DNA of 64,000 nucleotides from an uncultured cyanobacterium. GTDB lineage: Bacteria; Cyanobacteriota; Cyanobacteriia; CAKZMO01. The stretch lies in NCBI GenBank assembly GCA_963719515.1, contig CAVRCJ010000006.1, forward strand, positions 128,001 through 192,000, in the 5' to 3' direction. Below are positions 23,742-35,143 of this stretch, in pieces. A program made the translations under genes and the position numbers. Position 1 is the stretch's first letter. Each line of letters starts with the position of its first letter. Under the pieces are notes generated by a model. It did no database searches and was not told where the DNA came from. It saw nothing but the letters and a program-made list of their open reading frames with translations.

Positions 23742-23916
23742 CCGTCGAGTAACCTCGTATGTAAAGCTAACATCTCATAATTCAGCAGTATTGTACCACG
23801 ACAGAGTTTAGTCCTACGGATAGACTTCGTTGCCAACCCCCGCTGCGGTACGCTTAGCTATGGTATATCGGCGCTGACACAGAAGTAAGTCTTTATTTGG
23901 ACAACTAATATATACT

Positions 23917-25413
23917 ATGCCCTTCCCTCGCACTAGCGGAGTTTTGCTACACCCCACCTCGCTGCCAAACCGTTTGGGCGTTGGTGATTTGGGACCGGAG
24001 GCCTTCGGATTTGTAGACTTTTTGCACGACTGCCATCAGAGCATCTGGCAGGTGCTGCCCCTCGGCCCCACGGGACACGGTAACTCGCCCTACATGTCCT
24101 ACTCTTCTATGGCGGGCAACCCCCTCCTCATCAGCTTGCAGTACCTGCAAGAGGCGGGACAGCTGTCCTATGAGGATGTTGCTGTGCCTGATCTTTCGAC
24201 TCCGGTCGTAGATTACGACGCAGCGACTCAGCTCAAGATGCCGCTGATGACGAAAGCCGCCGACCACTTTAGGGCCTATGCCCCTCCCGAGCAGCAGCAG
24301 GCCTTTGAGCAATTTTGCCACCAGCGGGAGTTTTGGCTTGACGGCTACGCGCTATTTATGGCGCTGAAGCAGGCCCATGGCGGCAAGTCTTGGACCCAAT
24401 GGGACCCGGCTATTGCCCACCGCGACCCAGATGCGATCGCCGCCTGGACGGAGAAGCTAGAGGCCCAGGTATTTCACCAAAAGTATTGGCAGTTTGAGTT
24501 CCACCGGCAGTGGTCTAACTTGCGGCAGTACGCCAACGAGCGCGGCGTCTCCATTATGGGAGATATGCCGTTTTACGTAGCCCACGACAGCGCGGATGTG
24601 TGGGAATTTCCTGACCGGTTTTGCCTCACTCCTGACGGAGAACCTGCCCTAATGGCGGGAGTCCCGCCTGATTACTTCAGCGCGACGGGGCAGCTGTGGG
24701 GCAATCCTATCTATAACTGGGAGCGCATCAAAGAGTTGAGATTCAAGTGGTGGATTCACCGGTTTGAATCCCTGCTCGAGTTTGTTGACGTCATTCGCAT
24801 CGACCACTTTAGGGGATTTCAGGCCTACTGGCAGGTTGAGGGGGGCGAAACTACAGCCATGAATGGCCAGTGGGTTGAAGCGCCCGGCGAAGCGCTGTTT
24901 GATCAGCTCAAGCAAGATATAGGCTTTTTGCCGATTATTGCGGAAGATTTGGGCGTGATTACCCCCGAGGTTGAGGCCCTGCGCGATCGCTATGAATTTC
25001 CGGGCATGAAGATTTTGCAGTTTGCCTTTGGGTCCGGTCCAGGCAATCTCTACTTGCCCTGCAACTACGTTCAAAACTGCTTGGTCTACACGGGCACCCA
25101 TGACAACGACACGACGGCAGGCTGGTTTGAGAGCGTAGACGATCACACCAGGCATTGCCTCACCGAGTATGTCGGTCAGCTCGGGCAAGATGGCATCCAC
25201 TGGGACATGATCAGACTGGCGCTCAGCTCTGTGGCCAACCAAGCCATCATCCCGCTGCAGGATCTGATGGGGCTGGGAACGGTCGATCGCATGAATACCC
25301 CCGGCTTGGGTGAGGGTAATTGGACCTGGCGGTACCACCCGGCAGACATTACTCCCGAGATCAAGGATCGACTGAGGTATTTGACGCAGCTCTATGGCCG
25401 GGCGCAAGTTTAG
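23917..25413 (+). CDS. malQ: 4-alpha-glucanotransferase (amylomaltase, GH77)
   Basis: GVLLHPTSLP, GVPPDYFSATGQLWGNP, RIDHFRG and YTGTHDNDT motifs. Confidence 0.97.
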   Translation: MPFPRTSGVLLHPTSLPNRLGVGDLGPEAFGFVDFLHDCHQSIWQVLPLGPTGHGNSPYMSYSSMAGNPLLISLQYLQEAGQLSYEDVAVPDLSTPVVDYDAATQLKMPLMTKAADHFRAYAPPEQQQAFEQFCHQREFWLDGYALFMALKQAHGGKSWTQWDPAIAHRDPDAIAAWTEKLEAQVFHQKYWQFEFHRQWSNLRQYANERGVSIMGDMPFYVAHDSADVWEFPDRFCLTPDGEPALMAGVPPDYFSATGQLWGNPIYNWERIKELRFKWWIHRFESLLEFVDVIRIDHFRGFQAYWQVEGGETTAMNGQWVEAPGEALFDQLKQDIGFLPIIAEDLGVITPEVEALRDRYEFPGMKILQFAFGSGPGNLYLPCNYVQNCLVYTGTHDNDTTAGWFESVDDHTRHCLTEYVGQLGQDGIHWDMIRLALSSVANQAIIPLQDLMGLGTVDRMNTPGLGEGNWTWRYHPADITPEIKDRLRYLTQLYGRAQV

Positions 25414-25441
25414 CAGCGCCTAGCAGAAACCTACACTTTAA

Positions 25442-25487
25442 CGCCGCAGCGAGTCAAGCATCGTCGAAACTCGCTGCGGCGCTTTTT
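25442..25487 (+). terminator. Rho-independent terminator after malQ
   Basis: CGCCGCAGCGAGT...ACTCGCTGCGGCG followed by CTTTTT. Confidence 0.8.
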
Positions 25488-25521
25488 AGTCTTGCGAGCT
25501 GTGGCGCTATGTCCTGTGGCG

Positions 25522-26412
25522 CTATTGGGGAGGCGCGACTTCCGCGTCAGAGGGGGCGTCAGTTGAAAAAGTCCGCTCTAGCACAGACCCCGGCTCTCCC
25601 ATAATCTCTGCCGGGCTATTGTTGATGGCGAGCAACACCCCACCGGCATTTCCGGCCCGCACCGTAACCTCGCTGTCAGCAGTCCAGGTTTGCTCACTGC
25701 CCTCCTGAAGCACACCCTCAAACTCTTCGTTACCGTCTACAATAACGCGCAGCCAAGACCGCTCCACCAGCTCTAGGGAAACCTGAACTGCGCTCTCCGC
25801 ACCCTCGCCTAGAGGAGCGATCGCAGCAGGCCCGGCGCTAGCGTCCGCGGCTGACGGCTCGCCGACGCCTGATACCTCCGGGCGCTGGACGGCAGCGCTA
25901 TCGGCAGTATCTCCCCCCGCCGTATCGCTGGAAGCCTGACTTTCAGCAGGGGGCTGCTGCAGCGTTGTCAATGTCGTGGGCGTCAGTACGCTGAGAAGAT
26001 AAGACACGCCGCTCACTGCAGCGACGATTAAAGCAACATAGGCCGCGTAGAGGTGGAGGGGCCTGAGCTGGGCTGCAGCGGAACTGTTCCAGGAGCTTTG
26101 AACCGGCTGGACCTCGACCTCAATGGGAAAAGAGGCCGCAATTTCGCTGCCGTTTAGCCCCAAGCTATCGGCATAGCGCTTGATAAAGCCCCGAATATAG
26201 ACTGCCTCGGGCAGGGTGCCCAAGTCTGCGCCCTCAATCGCCCGCAAAAGACGAGCCTGAATCAAAGTCTTTGCTGCAATCTGCTCAAGCGATAGGCCCT
26301 GCTGCTTGCGCACGTCCTGTAGGTGAGCCCCGATTATAGCGAGCTGCTCTCGCTGATCTGGCTTCTCACAAACCAAGTCTTGACTCACAACTCCAATCTC
26401 CTCAATTCTCAA
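25522..26412 (-). CDS. rodZ: RodZ-like HTH/TM/DUF4115 protein
   Basis: N-terminal HTH (YIRGFIKRYADSLGL), one TM helix, C-terminal SWLRV...RAGNAGGV. Confidence 0.85.
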   Translation of the reverse strand: MRIEEIGVVSQDLVCEKPDQREQLAIIGAHLQDVRKQQGLSLEQIAAKTLIQARLLRAIEGADLGTLPEAVYIRGFIKRYADSLGLNGSEIAASFPIEVEVQPVQSSWNSSAAAQLRPLHLYAAYVALIVAAVSGVSYLLSVLTPTTLTTLQQPPAESQASSDTAGGDTADSAAVQRPEVSGVGEPSAADASAGPAAIAPLGEGAESAVQVSLELVERSWLRVIVDGNEEFEGVLQEGSEQTWTADSEVTVRAGNAGGVLLAINNSPAEIMGEPGSVLERTFSTDAPSDAEVAPPQ

Positions 26413-26422
26413 CAGAGCTCAC

Positions 26423-27180
26423 TTAATTTGGATTATGGTGGGATACGTTCTGGCTGCTTTGAATCGCCAATAGCGACGTAATCGCGCCCAGACTTAGCTG
26501 ACGGTAGTGCCCTTGAGGTAGCTGGCCTAACTGGATTGAGCCAATCGCAACCCGATGTAGTGCGATAACAGGATAACCAAGCTGATCAGCGACGCGACGA
26601 ATCTGACGATTGCGTCCCTCCCATAAAACTACCTCTATTAGGGTGTTTTGAGAAGTAAACTCGATCACTGCGACCTGAGCAGGCAGCGTTTGCCGTCCGG
26701 ATAACATGACCCCTTGACGCCACAGCGCTAGAGCGCGATCGCTCGGGTGACCTGCAACGAGCACCCGGTAGGTTTTGCAGATGTGGTGTCTAGGATGGGT
26801 CAATTGGAATGTAAGCGCACCATCATTCGTTAAGAGTAATGCACCCGTCGAAGCGACGTCTAAACGCCCTACGGGATGAAGGCCCAAACTGCTGGCCCAC
26901 TTTGGCAACAAATCTAGCACGATTGGACGGTTTTGCGGATCCGTACAGGTTGACACAACGCCCTTGGGCTTGTTCAACAAGAAGTAAGCAGAGTCTGGTC
27001 GGGTTTGGGGGGCGATCGCCTTGCCGTCTACCTCAATGAGATCGCGCTGGGGGTCGGCCTTTTGCCCGAGATGAGCCGGCTGGCCGTTGACGCTGACGCG
27101 CCCCTGACTAATTAGCTGTTCGGCTTTGCGGCGCGAGGCGATGCCCCATTGAGAAATCAGCTTTTGCAGTCGTTTACCAT
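26423..27180 (-). CDS. RsuA/RluB-family pseudouridine synthase; start ATG is out of frame by 1 nt in this sequence
   Basis: S4 domain KRLQKLISQWGIASRRKAE in frame with LNKPKG, GRLD and EGRNRQIRR; GGAG-N8-ATG at 27180 is in another frame. Confidence 0.88.
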
Positions 27181-28838
27181 TGATGTTGCTCCGCAGGGAA
27201 AGACGGTTTGCGGGCCGCTAGCAGGTGATCCAGGACCTTATTGGCCGCTAAGCAGGGGAGCAAATTGAGGGCCAGCGTCTGGGCGTCGACCCCTAAAACG
27301 CTGTGCTCTTGAGCCAGGGTAATGCCTGCCTGGGCATGCCACCAAGCTCCGGCCCAGACCGCTGCTTCAGCGGACTCATCTCGGGCTAGTCGCCTGAGCC
27401 ATCAGCCCGCCAATCAGGCCAGTGAGAACGTCACCACTCCCCCCGCGAGCAAGGGCAGGCGTACTTTGGGGATGATCCAGACCCTACTGCTGGGCGAGGC
27501 GACAACTGGCCCGAGCGCCTTTTAGCAGCACGGTGCTACCGCAGTACTGGGCTGCTTGCTGGGCTTGAGCAATTCGATCTATTGGGGCGATCTTGGCGGC
27601 CTCCAGCATGTCTCGCCTCCTGGAAACAGGCGCTTGAATTCTCCTGAATGGGGCGTCAGCAGGGTGTAGGCATCTCGCTCAGAGAGCGCCGCTCGCACAT
27701 CCCTCTGGGCAACAAGATTGAGGGCGTCTGCATCGAGCAGCAGCGGCACCGCCGCCGCTAGCACCTGGGGCAAAATTGCGGCGCGTTGGGTCAGTCCCGG
27801 CCCGCAGGCAATTGCGTCGTAGCGGCCAAGATCCATCGTTTCGGGGAAGGCAGCGATCGCCCCGGCCTCTGTAAGGCACCCCACCGTAACGGCGTCTGGA
27901 ATCTGAGCCGCTACCAAGGGCTTGAGCCCCTGAGGAACAGCGAGGGTGAGCATGCCAACGCCGCTGGCTCTCGCGGCTAGCCCCGTCAGTATTGCCGCCC
28001 CCAGGTAAGTCTCAGACCCACAGACCAGCAGCAGATGCCCCTCCCGATACTTGTAGGTGGTGGGCGATCGCTTTAGGGGCAGCGCCTCGGCGACATCCTG
28101 CGGCGTAACGCGAATCAGCTGTGGCGCACCCAAAACCGCTTCAATATCTTTGACTGGAATGTCAAAGTCAATCAGCGCTGCTTCCCCTATATAGATCAGC
28201 GCCTCGTCCTGTAGGCAGGCGCGCTTCCAAAGCCCCAGGCAGAGCGTGTGGGTCGCTCGCACGGTCTCCCCCAAAGCTGCGCCAGTATCGGTGTGAACGC
28301 CGGAGGGCAGGTCGATGCTGACCACAGGAGAACTAAGCGCGTTAACGCTGCGCACAAGCTGTGCCAGGTTACCCTCGATGGGCCTAGAGAGACCGAAGCC
28401 AAACAGCCCGTCTATCACCAGCTCCGGAGCCAGCGTATCGAGCTGCTCTGCGGCAACAAACGGAATGCCCAAGTATCTGGCGTAGCGAGCGTGCTGCGCG
28501 GTCAACTCCTTTTGCTGGGCGATGGGGCTGCATACCGACAAGCAGTAGCCCCGATGATGCAGCTCCCGGGCCACTACGAGAGCATCGCCACCGTTGTGAC
28601 CCGGCCCGGCCAGGACGAGCACCCGCTTTACGTCGGGGTAGCGATCGGCAACCCAGGTAGCAATTCGCCCGGACACCTTTTCCATCAGCGCCGCCACCGA
28701 CAGTCCCGCCTCGAACAGCCGCGATTCGATGGCCTGCATTTCAGCGGCGCTGACAATCACGCGCTGCCGGAGTGCTTGAGATAGACCCGGCTGGGGCAGG
28801 CTGCTTTCAGAGTTACTGTAGCTAGAGCGGTTCGACAT
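27174..28838 (-). CDS. nnr: Bifunctional NAD(P)H-hydrate epimerase/dehydratase with a multiply frameshifted 3' end
   Basis: GPGHNGGD, DLPSG, GPGL, DADAL and TPHSGEF in the main ORF; VLLKGA, ARGGSGDVLTG and AWWHAQAG continue in shifted frames. Confidence 0.88.
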
Positions 28839-28852
28839 ATCACGCAGCCGCC

Positions 28853-29995
28853 CTAACGGCGATAGTAGACCCTAGAATCCATGCCGAAATCTCGCAGAAA
28901 CTGGTTCCATCGGGTTGCAGACTGGCGGTTGACAAATGGTCCGATGAGCAAGTGGGGGCCCAAGGGTTGGTCTCGCTGGGCGATCGCGTTGGGATTGGCC
29001 CCAAGAAGAGCAACTTGCCCCTGCAGTCGGTTGAGACTGTCAGCATCGCCCGGCACTACGATATAGTAGTCGCTGCCTATCGCATCTTGTGGGGCGGGGC
29101 TTTGGGCAACGGGAGCCGGAGCTACAGCCTCTGGCGCTAGGGCCGGGTCTGTAATCGTTGGTTCTGGAGTAAGCGGAGCGCTGAGTTCGGCGGGGGGAAG
29201 GGCCGCCACACCAGAGCCAATGCTAGAGCCTAGCTGGTCAAACTCGTCGTCGGGGGCTGTAGGCGCTGCCGCCACAGTAGCGGTAGCGCCTATGGCGGTA
29301 AATGGCTCGTCTATTGCTTCAGCCACTTCAGATTCTTCAGCGACCTCAGGCCCAGTCACCTCAGGCCCAGTCACCTCAGGCCCAGTTGCTTCACGTCCGG
29401 ACTCTTCCAAACCAACGGCAATCTCTGCGCCAATGCCTTGGTCGGCTAAAGCCTCAACCTGCTGCTGCGCAGGGGCAAGCTGGGCAAACTGCCCCGCCAA
29501 AATCACCGACTGCCCTTGGTACCGCTCAAACGCGGCGGCGGGCTCCACACGGCGAACCTGCTCCAGTAGAAAAGGACTATCGCTATTGATCAAGACGCGA
29601 TAGCGTTGGGCTGAATCTGCTGGCGCTGTAGGCACGACGTCTACAGGTTCCACTGCAGCAGGTTCTTCCACTGCAGTGGAACCTACCGCCGGTTCTGCCG
29701 CTGGGCTACCGGCCGCTGGCTCATTTGAGGGAGCTGGGGATTGAGGTTCAAGCTCAGGGATTGAGGGGGGCGGTGGTAAGCCATCAATTACGGTTTGGGC
29801 ACCTGCCGCCTGCGCTAGGATCAAGGTGAGTAGGTTGATGCCAATTACCCAGAGCGACGGCTTCCAGCGCTTTGACATCGTCGCCGCAGCGTCGCTTCTA
29901 CTGCCAGAGAGTCGGTTGTCAGGGTGGGGGCGGACAGAGGATTGATGAGATGATTCGGTGAGCTGGGGCTGGTGTGTCATCGCAACAAGAGGCAA
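28853..29995 (-). CDS. Cyanobacterial exported Pro/Ala-rich protein with two SPOR-like segments
   Basis: Hydrophobic signal-like segment; LEQVRRVEPAA and GPHLLIGPF...LRDFGMDSRVYY; internal TGPEV x3 repeat; start uncertain. Confidence 0.65.
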   Translation of the reverse strand: MPLVAMTHQPQLTESSHQSSVRPHPDNRLSGSRSDAAATMSKRWKPSLWVIGINLLTLILAQAAGAQTVIDGLPPPPSIPELEPQSPAPSNEPAAGSPAAEPAVGSTAVEEPAAVEPVDVVPTAPADSAQRYRVLINSDSPFLLEQVRRVEPAAAFERYQGQSVILAGQFAQLAPAQQQVEALADQGIGAEIAVGLEESGREATGPEVTGPEVTGPEVAEESEVAEAIDEPFTAIGATATVAAAPTAPDDEFDQLGSSIGSGVAALPPAELSAPLTPEPTITDPALAPEAVAPAPVAQSPAPQDAIGSDYYIVVPGDADSLNRLQGQVALLGANPNAIAQRDQPLGPHLLIGPFVNRQSATRWNQFLRDFGMDSRVYYRR

Positions 29996-30194
29996 GAAGG
30001 AGTACTGTGCGCGCTAAAACTGCGCGCGCTAAATGAGCATACTTGTGATCAGAGTGGAGATGCTGCCGACGTCAAGGCCTTGCCCACGAATGTTAACCTG
30101 AATAAGAGTCTTTCAATTTTACTAGCTACTGCTATCCGTGCGTAGCAGAATAGCGCATAAAGAACAGCGTACAAAGCCCTACGTGAGCTGCATC

Positions 30195-31316
30195 ATGGCC
30201 CAGAGCCCTAATTCTATGTCCACCGCCCCCGAAGCGATGCGTAAAACTCCACCCAAGAAGGCGATGCCCAAAATCGTCGTTGGTTTATCCGGCGGTGTCG
30301 ATAGCTCTGTTGCGGCGGCTACGCTACATCAGCAGGGTTACGAGGTCTTGGGATTAACGCTGTGGTTGATGAAGGGCAAAGGGCAATGCTGCTCAGAGGG
30401 AATGGTTGATGCCGCCCAGCTTTGCGAACAGCTGGGGATTCCCTACGAAGTGGTGGATAGCCGCGAGGTATTTCAGCAAGAAATCGTGGACTACCTAGTT
30501 GAGGGGTATGGGTCGGGGGTGACGCCTCTGCCCTGCTCCCAGTGCAACAAGGCCGTAAAGTTTGGCCCCATGCTCGCCTACGCGGCCAAACAAGGGTGCG
30601 ATCGCATTGCCACGGGCCATTACGCCCGGGTGACCCAAGATCTGACCGGGCGCTATCAGCTGCAGCGGGCCTGCGATCGCCGTAAGGACCAGTCCTACTT
30701 TCTCTACGACCTGTCTCAAGAAGTGCTGTCGCGAGTCCTGTTTCCTCTTGGCCACCAGACTAAAGACGAAACCCGCCGAGTTGCCGCCGAGCTGAGTCTG
30801 CATACGGCCAATAAGCCCGACAGCCAAGACCTTTGCCTCATTGAAGCCCACGGCTCCATGAAAGACTTTTTGGGGCAATACTTAGCCCCTACTCCCGGCA
30901 ACATCGTTGACCAAAGCGGGCGGGTGCTGGGCCGCCACGATGGCATCCACAACTATACTATCGGTCAGCGTAAAGGGCTGGGCGTTGCTGCCCCAAATCC
31001 CCTCTACGTCGTCGGAATTGACCCAGGCCGCAATCAAGTGGTAGTGGGTGAACGGCAAACCGCTTTTCAGCCTGGGTGCGAGGTAAGCCGCGTGAACTGG
31101 GCCTCTATCCCTGCCCCAAGCGGCCCCCTGCGGGCAGATGTGCAGGTGCGCTACCGAACGCCCCCCGTTCCCGCCACCATTATTCCGCTGGATGCCAAAT
31201 TCGAGCAGGCTCGTGTTCAATTCGATGAGCCTCAGTTTAGTATTTCTCCAGGCCAAGCCGCTGTCTGGTATCAGGGCGAAGTTTTGCTTGGCGGCGGCAT
31301 TATTCAAGCGCTCTGA
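30195..31316 (+). CDS. mnmA: tRNA 2-thiouridylase
   Basis: [35 protein letters not shown] and PGQAAV motifs; start uncertain. Confidence 0.96.
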   Translation: MAQSPNSMSTAPEAMRKTPPKKAMPKIVVGLSGGVDSSVAAATLHQQGYEVLGLTLWLMKGKGQCCSEGMVDAAQLCEQLGIPYEVVDSREVFQQEIVDYLVEGYGSGVTPLPCSQCNKAVKFGPMLAYAAKQGCDRIATGHYARVTQDLTGRYQLQRACDRRKDQSYFLYDLSQEVLSRVLFPLGHQTKDETRRVAAELSLHTANKPDSQDLCLIEAHGSMKDFLGQYLAPTPGNIVDQSGRVLGRHDGIHNYTIGQRKGLGVAAPNPLYVVGIDPGRNQVVVGERQTAFQPGCEVSRVNWASIPAPSGPLRADVQVRYRTPPVPATIIPLDAKFEQARVQFDEPQFSISPGQAAVWYQGEVLLGGGIIQAL

Positions 31317-31534
31317 GCAGTGAAGTGTTCTAAACGGCCACAAACTTTGCGTAGACAGTATATTTTGGGAAGAACTGTATAAAGAGACTGTGATTGGCGT
31401 CAATAGAATTGATATACGCCCTATTTCTCGTAATAGGATGTGAGCGAGCGGGCCCGTTCTGGGCTTAGACAACAGTGCGAAGGTTGCGCCTCAGTCGAGG
31501 CGGACAACGCAATTATTTCTATAGGAGTAAAACC

Positions 31535-32716
31535 TTGAGTCAAATCGATATTGCGCCTCCCCACGGCGGACAACTTATTAACCGAATTGCAGGAGCGGAG
31601 CAGCGTCAGGAGTTTTTGGCTAAGGCTGACTCTTTGCCGCGCCTGACCCTAGATGAGCGAGCCGAGTCGGATCTCGCTATGATTGCCATCGGCGGGTTCA
31701 GCCCATTGACTGGCTTTATGGAAGAGGCCGATTATATCTCGGTTGTAGATAAAATGCTGCTGGCCAACGGCCTGCCTTGGTCAGTTCCCGTCACGCTATC
31801 GGTCAGCGAAGAGCAGGCCGACAGTGTGACCGAAGGCAGTCTAGTGCGGCTTGACAGCGCTAACGGCGAATTCGTCGGCGTGCTGGAGCTGACTCAAAAG
31901 TACCGCTACGACAAAGCCCGCGAGGCGGTCAAGGTCTATAGGACTGACGAGGAGAAGCATCCCGGCGTCAAGGTAGTCTACGACCAGGGCCCCATCAACC
32001 TCGCAGGCCCGGTGTGGCTGCTAGAGCGCCATCCCCATCCGATGTTTCCGGCATACCAAATTGACCCTGCCGAGTCGCGGGCGATGTTCCGCGACAAGGG
32101 TTGGAAGACCGTCGTTGGGTTTCAGACCCGCAACCCCATCCACCGCGCCCATGAATATATTCAAAAGTGCGCCCTCGAAACGGTAGACGGTCTATTCTTA
32201 CATCCCTTAGTTGGCGCTACCAAGAAAGACGACATCCCGGCAGATGTCCGCATGCGCTGCTACGAGATCATGGTCGATAAATACTTCCCTCAAGATCGGG
32301 TTATTCTCGCGATCAATCCAGCGGCCATGCGGTATGCTGGTCCTCGAGAGGCTATTTTTCATGCGCTGGTTCGCAAGAACTACGGTTGCACCCATTTCAT
32401 TGTGGGCCGTGACCATGCAGGCGTTGGTGACTACTACGGTACTTACGACGCCCAGCATATCTTTGGCGAATTTGACGGCGATGCCCTCGGTATTACGCCC
32501 ATGAAGTTCGAGCATGCCTTCTACTGCACTCGGACAGAAACAATGGCAACAAGCAAAACCAGTCCCAGCACTAAGGAAGAGCGCATTCACCTGTCAGGAA
32601 CAAAGGTTCGTGAGATGCTGCGTCGTGGCGAGATGCCTCCTGCGCAGTTCTCTCGGCCTGAGGTGGCAGCTGAGTTAGTGCGGGCGATGCAGCAACAAGC
32701 GACGACAGGGGTCTAA
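31535..32716 (+). CDS. sat: Sulfate adenylyltransferase
   Basis: [11 protein letters not shown] and GRDHAG motifs; TTG start with AGGAG RBS. Confidence 0.96.
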   Translation: MSQIDIAPPHGGQLINRIAGAEQRQEFLAKADSLPRLTLDERAESDLAMIAIGGFSPLTGFMEEADYISVVDKMLLANGLPWSVPVTLSVSEEQADSVTEGSLVRLDSANGEFVGVLELTQKYRYDKAREAVKVYRTDEEKHPGVKVVYDQGPINLAGPVWLLERHPHPMFPAYQIDPAESRAMFRDKGWKTVVGFQTRNPIHRAHEYIQKCALETVDGLFLHPLVGATKKDDIPADVRMRCYEIMVDKYFPQDRVILAINPAAMRYAGPREAIFHALVRKNYGCTHFIVGRDHAGVGDYYGTYDAQHIFGEFDGDALGITPMKFEHAFYCTRTETMATSKTSPSTKEERIHLSGTKVREMLRRGEMPPAQFSRPEVAAELVRAMQQQATTGV

Positions 32717-32724
32717 CGCACACT

Positions 32725-35052
32725 GTGAAACCAACGCGACGAGCATTTTTGCAGCGGACAGCTTGGGGGCTGGCATCGCTAGGGATAAGTCAGTCTGCTC
32801 TGTCCCTAATAGCTCGTCGCTATCACAGCGCACTGGCCGCTCCATCTGCTCGAAAGATAGCCCTGCTGGTGGGGGTCAATCAGTACCCAGAAAACGTCTG
32901 CGACTGCCCCCTGTCCCGGGGCTCGGCCCTGCAGGGGGCGGTAACCGATGTTGAGCTGCAGCGCGAGCTGCTCATCCATCGCTTCGGCTTTCAGGCCAGT
33001 GACGTCATTACGGTGACGGACGCGCAGGCGACTCGAGATGGCATTGAATCCGCTTTTATGTCGCATCTAGTCGGCCAAGTTCGGCCCGGGGATGTTGCGG
33101 TATTTCATTTCAGTGGCTTCGGTAGTCAAATTAGGTTTGCCTCTTCCGGAGAAGCGGGCGGCAGGACACCGGTCAGAAATAGCTTGGTGCCTATCGACGG
33201 GACGCTTCCAACGCCAGGGGATCCGACCGTCAACGATTTGATGGAAAGTACCCTAGTGCTGATGCTGCGATCGCTGCAGACCCGGCAGATTACAACCGTG
33301 CTTGACCTCAGCCACGCTGAACCCGGAACCACACTCCTCGGCGGCATTCGTATTCGCTCTCGCCCCAGCGTGCCCAGCGGTGACCTGAACCCAAAAGAGC
33401 TAGCGTTTCAAGAGCAGCTCTCCGCGCGGCTTGGCATCGGCAGTCGCCCAGACCGTCAACCTCTCAGCCAAGCTCCAGGTCTCATCCTGGCAGCTACCGA
33501 CAAAAACCGATTTGCGGCAGAAGGATACTGGAATGGCTTTAGCGCCGGTCTATTCACCTATGCCCTGACTCAGCAGCTTTGGTACACCACCCAGGCCACC
33601 TCAATCTACGTGGACATGAGTCAGGCCGCGGGACGCGTCGAGCAAATTGTCGGTCGGCTGCAGCAGCCTGTCCTGCTCTCCCGCGCCAAGCCATCGGCGA
33701 TCAAGCCGCTGATGTCGTCGTATCCAACGGTGCCCACGCAGCCCAGCGCAGATGGTGTGGTATCAGCGATAGAGTCTGACGGTCAGGTTTCCCTATGGCT
33801 GGGAGGTCTTCCGGCACTGGTGCTGGCTAACTACAATCCAGGGTCTTTGATGGCTGTAGTCAAAGCGTCTGACGGTCAATTGAGCGATCGCGTCTGGCTA
33901 CAGATCAAATCGAGAGAGGGCCTAACGGCAAAAGCAAAGCCGTTTACTAGGACTCAGGCTATAGCTCAAGCTGAGCCTGCCCAATCCGGTCAGATTATTC
34001 AAGAGCGGCTACGGGTCATCCCTAAGAATACGCCGCTGATTGTGGCGCTTGACTTCAGCTTAGAGCGAATTGAGCGCGTCGACGCCACTAGCGCTTTGGC
34101 GGCGATTCCTCGGATATCGTCCGTTGTCGCCGGGGAGCAGCCCGCAGATTATATATTTGGTAAGGCAGTTTCCCCGGTGCAAACGACGGCGCTGTCCCTC
34201 GATGCCTCTAGTGGCAAAGTGGCTATTCAAGGGGGCAACGTCTCCAACCGCGCTTACGGTTTATTTTCTTTAGGGCGCACGGCAATTCCCAGCACCGTAC
34301 TCGATACCGAAGAGGCTGTTAAAACCGCCGTCAATCGCGTAGCGCCCCAGCTGCGCTCGCTGCAGGCCGCGAAACTGCTTCGGCTGACGGAGAACGAGGC
34401 CTCGGCCCGGCTCGGGGTGCGGGCCACGCTAGAAATAGTCTCCCCGGAGGAGCGCGTTGTGATGCAGCATACGGCTCAGCGATCGCCCTGGACTGCGCCC
34501 GAGAGCCGGCTGGTATCCCTGCTCACCGGGCAGGGGACAGTTCCCTCTATCCCCAGCGGCAGCAAGATTCAGTATCGACTGCAAAACTTCAGCGATCGCC
34601 CCGTGTACTGTGTCCTGCTGGGGGTCGACAGCGACGGCAACGCCATTGCCCTTTACCCCTCGACAGCTCAGCGCAACAGAGACTCCGGGCAGGACGCCAG
34701 TCTAGTTGGCCCCGGGGAAACGATTGCCGTGCCGCCCCCTGCTGCGTCAGCCGAATGGCGCATCGACTCCCCTCCTGGTCTCGCCGAAACCCACGTCGTG
34801 TTCAGCGCAACGCCGCTCACCAAAACCGCAGCAGCCTTTGATGAAACCGTGCGCCCTACGGGAAACATCCGCCAGGTGAGTTCGCTCTCCGATCCCCTCG
34901 CGATCGCTCAGGCCATTTTGAGCGATCTGCACCGGGCGAGCGCAGACAAGCGAGTCGCGGGGCTAGAGATCAGCAGCGATGCCTATGCCCTGCATGTAGA
35001 CCAGTGGGCGACGTTGAGCTTTTACTATCGCGTGGATGAGGCAGCGTCGTAA
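32725..35052 (+). CDS. Caspase-like (peptidase C14) protein with Tat-like leader and C-terminal DUF4384-like domain; catalytic dyad substituted
   Basis: RRAFL leader; KIALLVGVNQY; HFSGFG and VLDLSH where SGHG and DxCH are expected. Confidence 0.85.
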   Translation: MKPTRRAFLQRTAWGLASLGISQSALSLIARRYHSALAAPSARKIALLVGVNQYPENVCDCPLSRGSALQGAVTDVELQRELLIHRFGFQASDVITVTDAQATRDGIESAFMSHLVGQVRPGDVAVFHFSGFGSQIRFASSGEAGGRTPVRNSLVPIDGTLPTPGDPTVNDLMESTLVLMLRSLQTRQITTVLDLSHAEPGTTLLGGIRIRSRPSVPSGDLNPKELAFQEQLSARLGIGSRPDRQPLSQAPGLILAATDKNRFAAEGYWNGFSAGLFTYALTQQLWYTTQATSIYVDMSQAAGRVEQIVGRLQQPVLLSRAKPSAIKPLMSSYPTVPTQPSADGVVSAIESDGQVSLWLGGLPALVLANYNPGSLMAVVKASDGQLSDRVWLQIKSREGLTAKAKPFTRTQAIAQAEPAQSGQIIQERLRVIPKNTPLIVALDFSLERIERVDATSALAAIPRISSVVAGEQPADYIFGKAVSPVQTTALSLDASSGKVAIQGGNVSNRAYGLFSLGRTAIPSTVLDTEEAVKTAVNRVAPQLRSLQAAKLLRLTENEASARLGVRATLEIVSPEERVVMQHTAQRSPWTAPESRLVSLLTGQGTVPSIPSGSKIQYRLQNFSDRPVYCVLLGVDSDGNAIALYPSTAQRNRDSGQDASLVGPGETIAVPPPAASAEWRIDSPPGLAETHVVFSATPLTKTAAAFDETVRPTGNIRQVSSLSDPLAIAQAILSDLHRASADKRVAGLEISSDAYALHVDQWATLSFYYRVDEAAS

Positions 35053-35143
35053 GGACCGCTGCCTGATAAGATTTCCGTAGGGACACGCGCTGTGCCCCTG
35101 CGCCACGTTGCTTGCCCAGCTCACCTCCGGCCTCGCCACAGTC

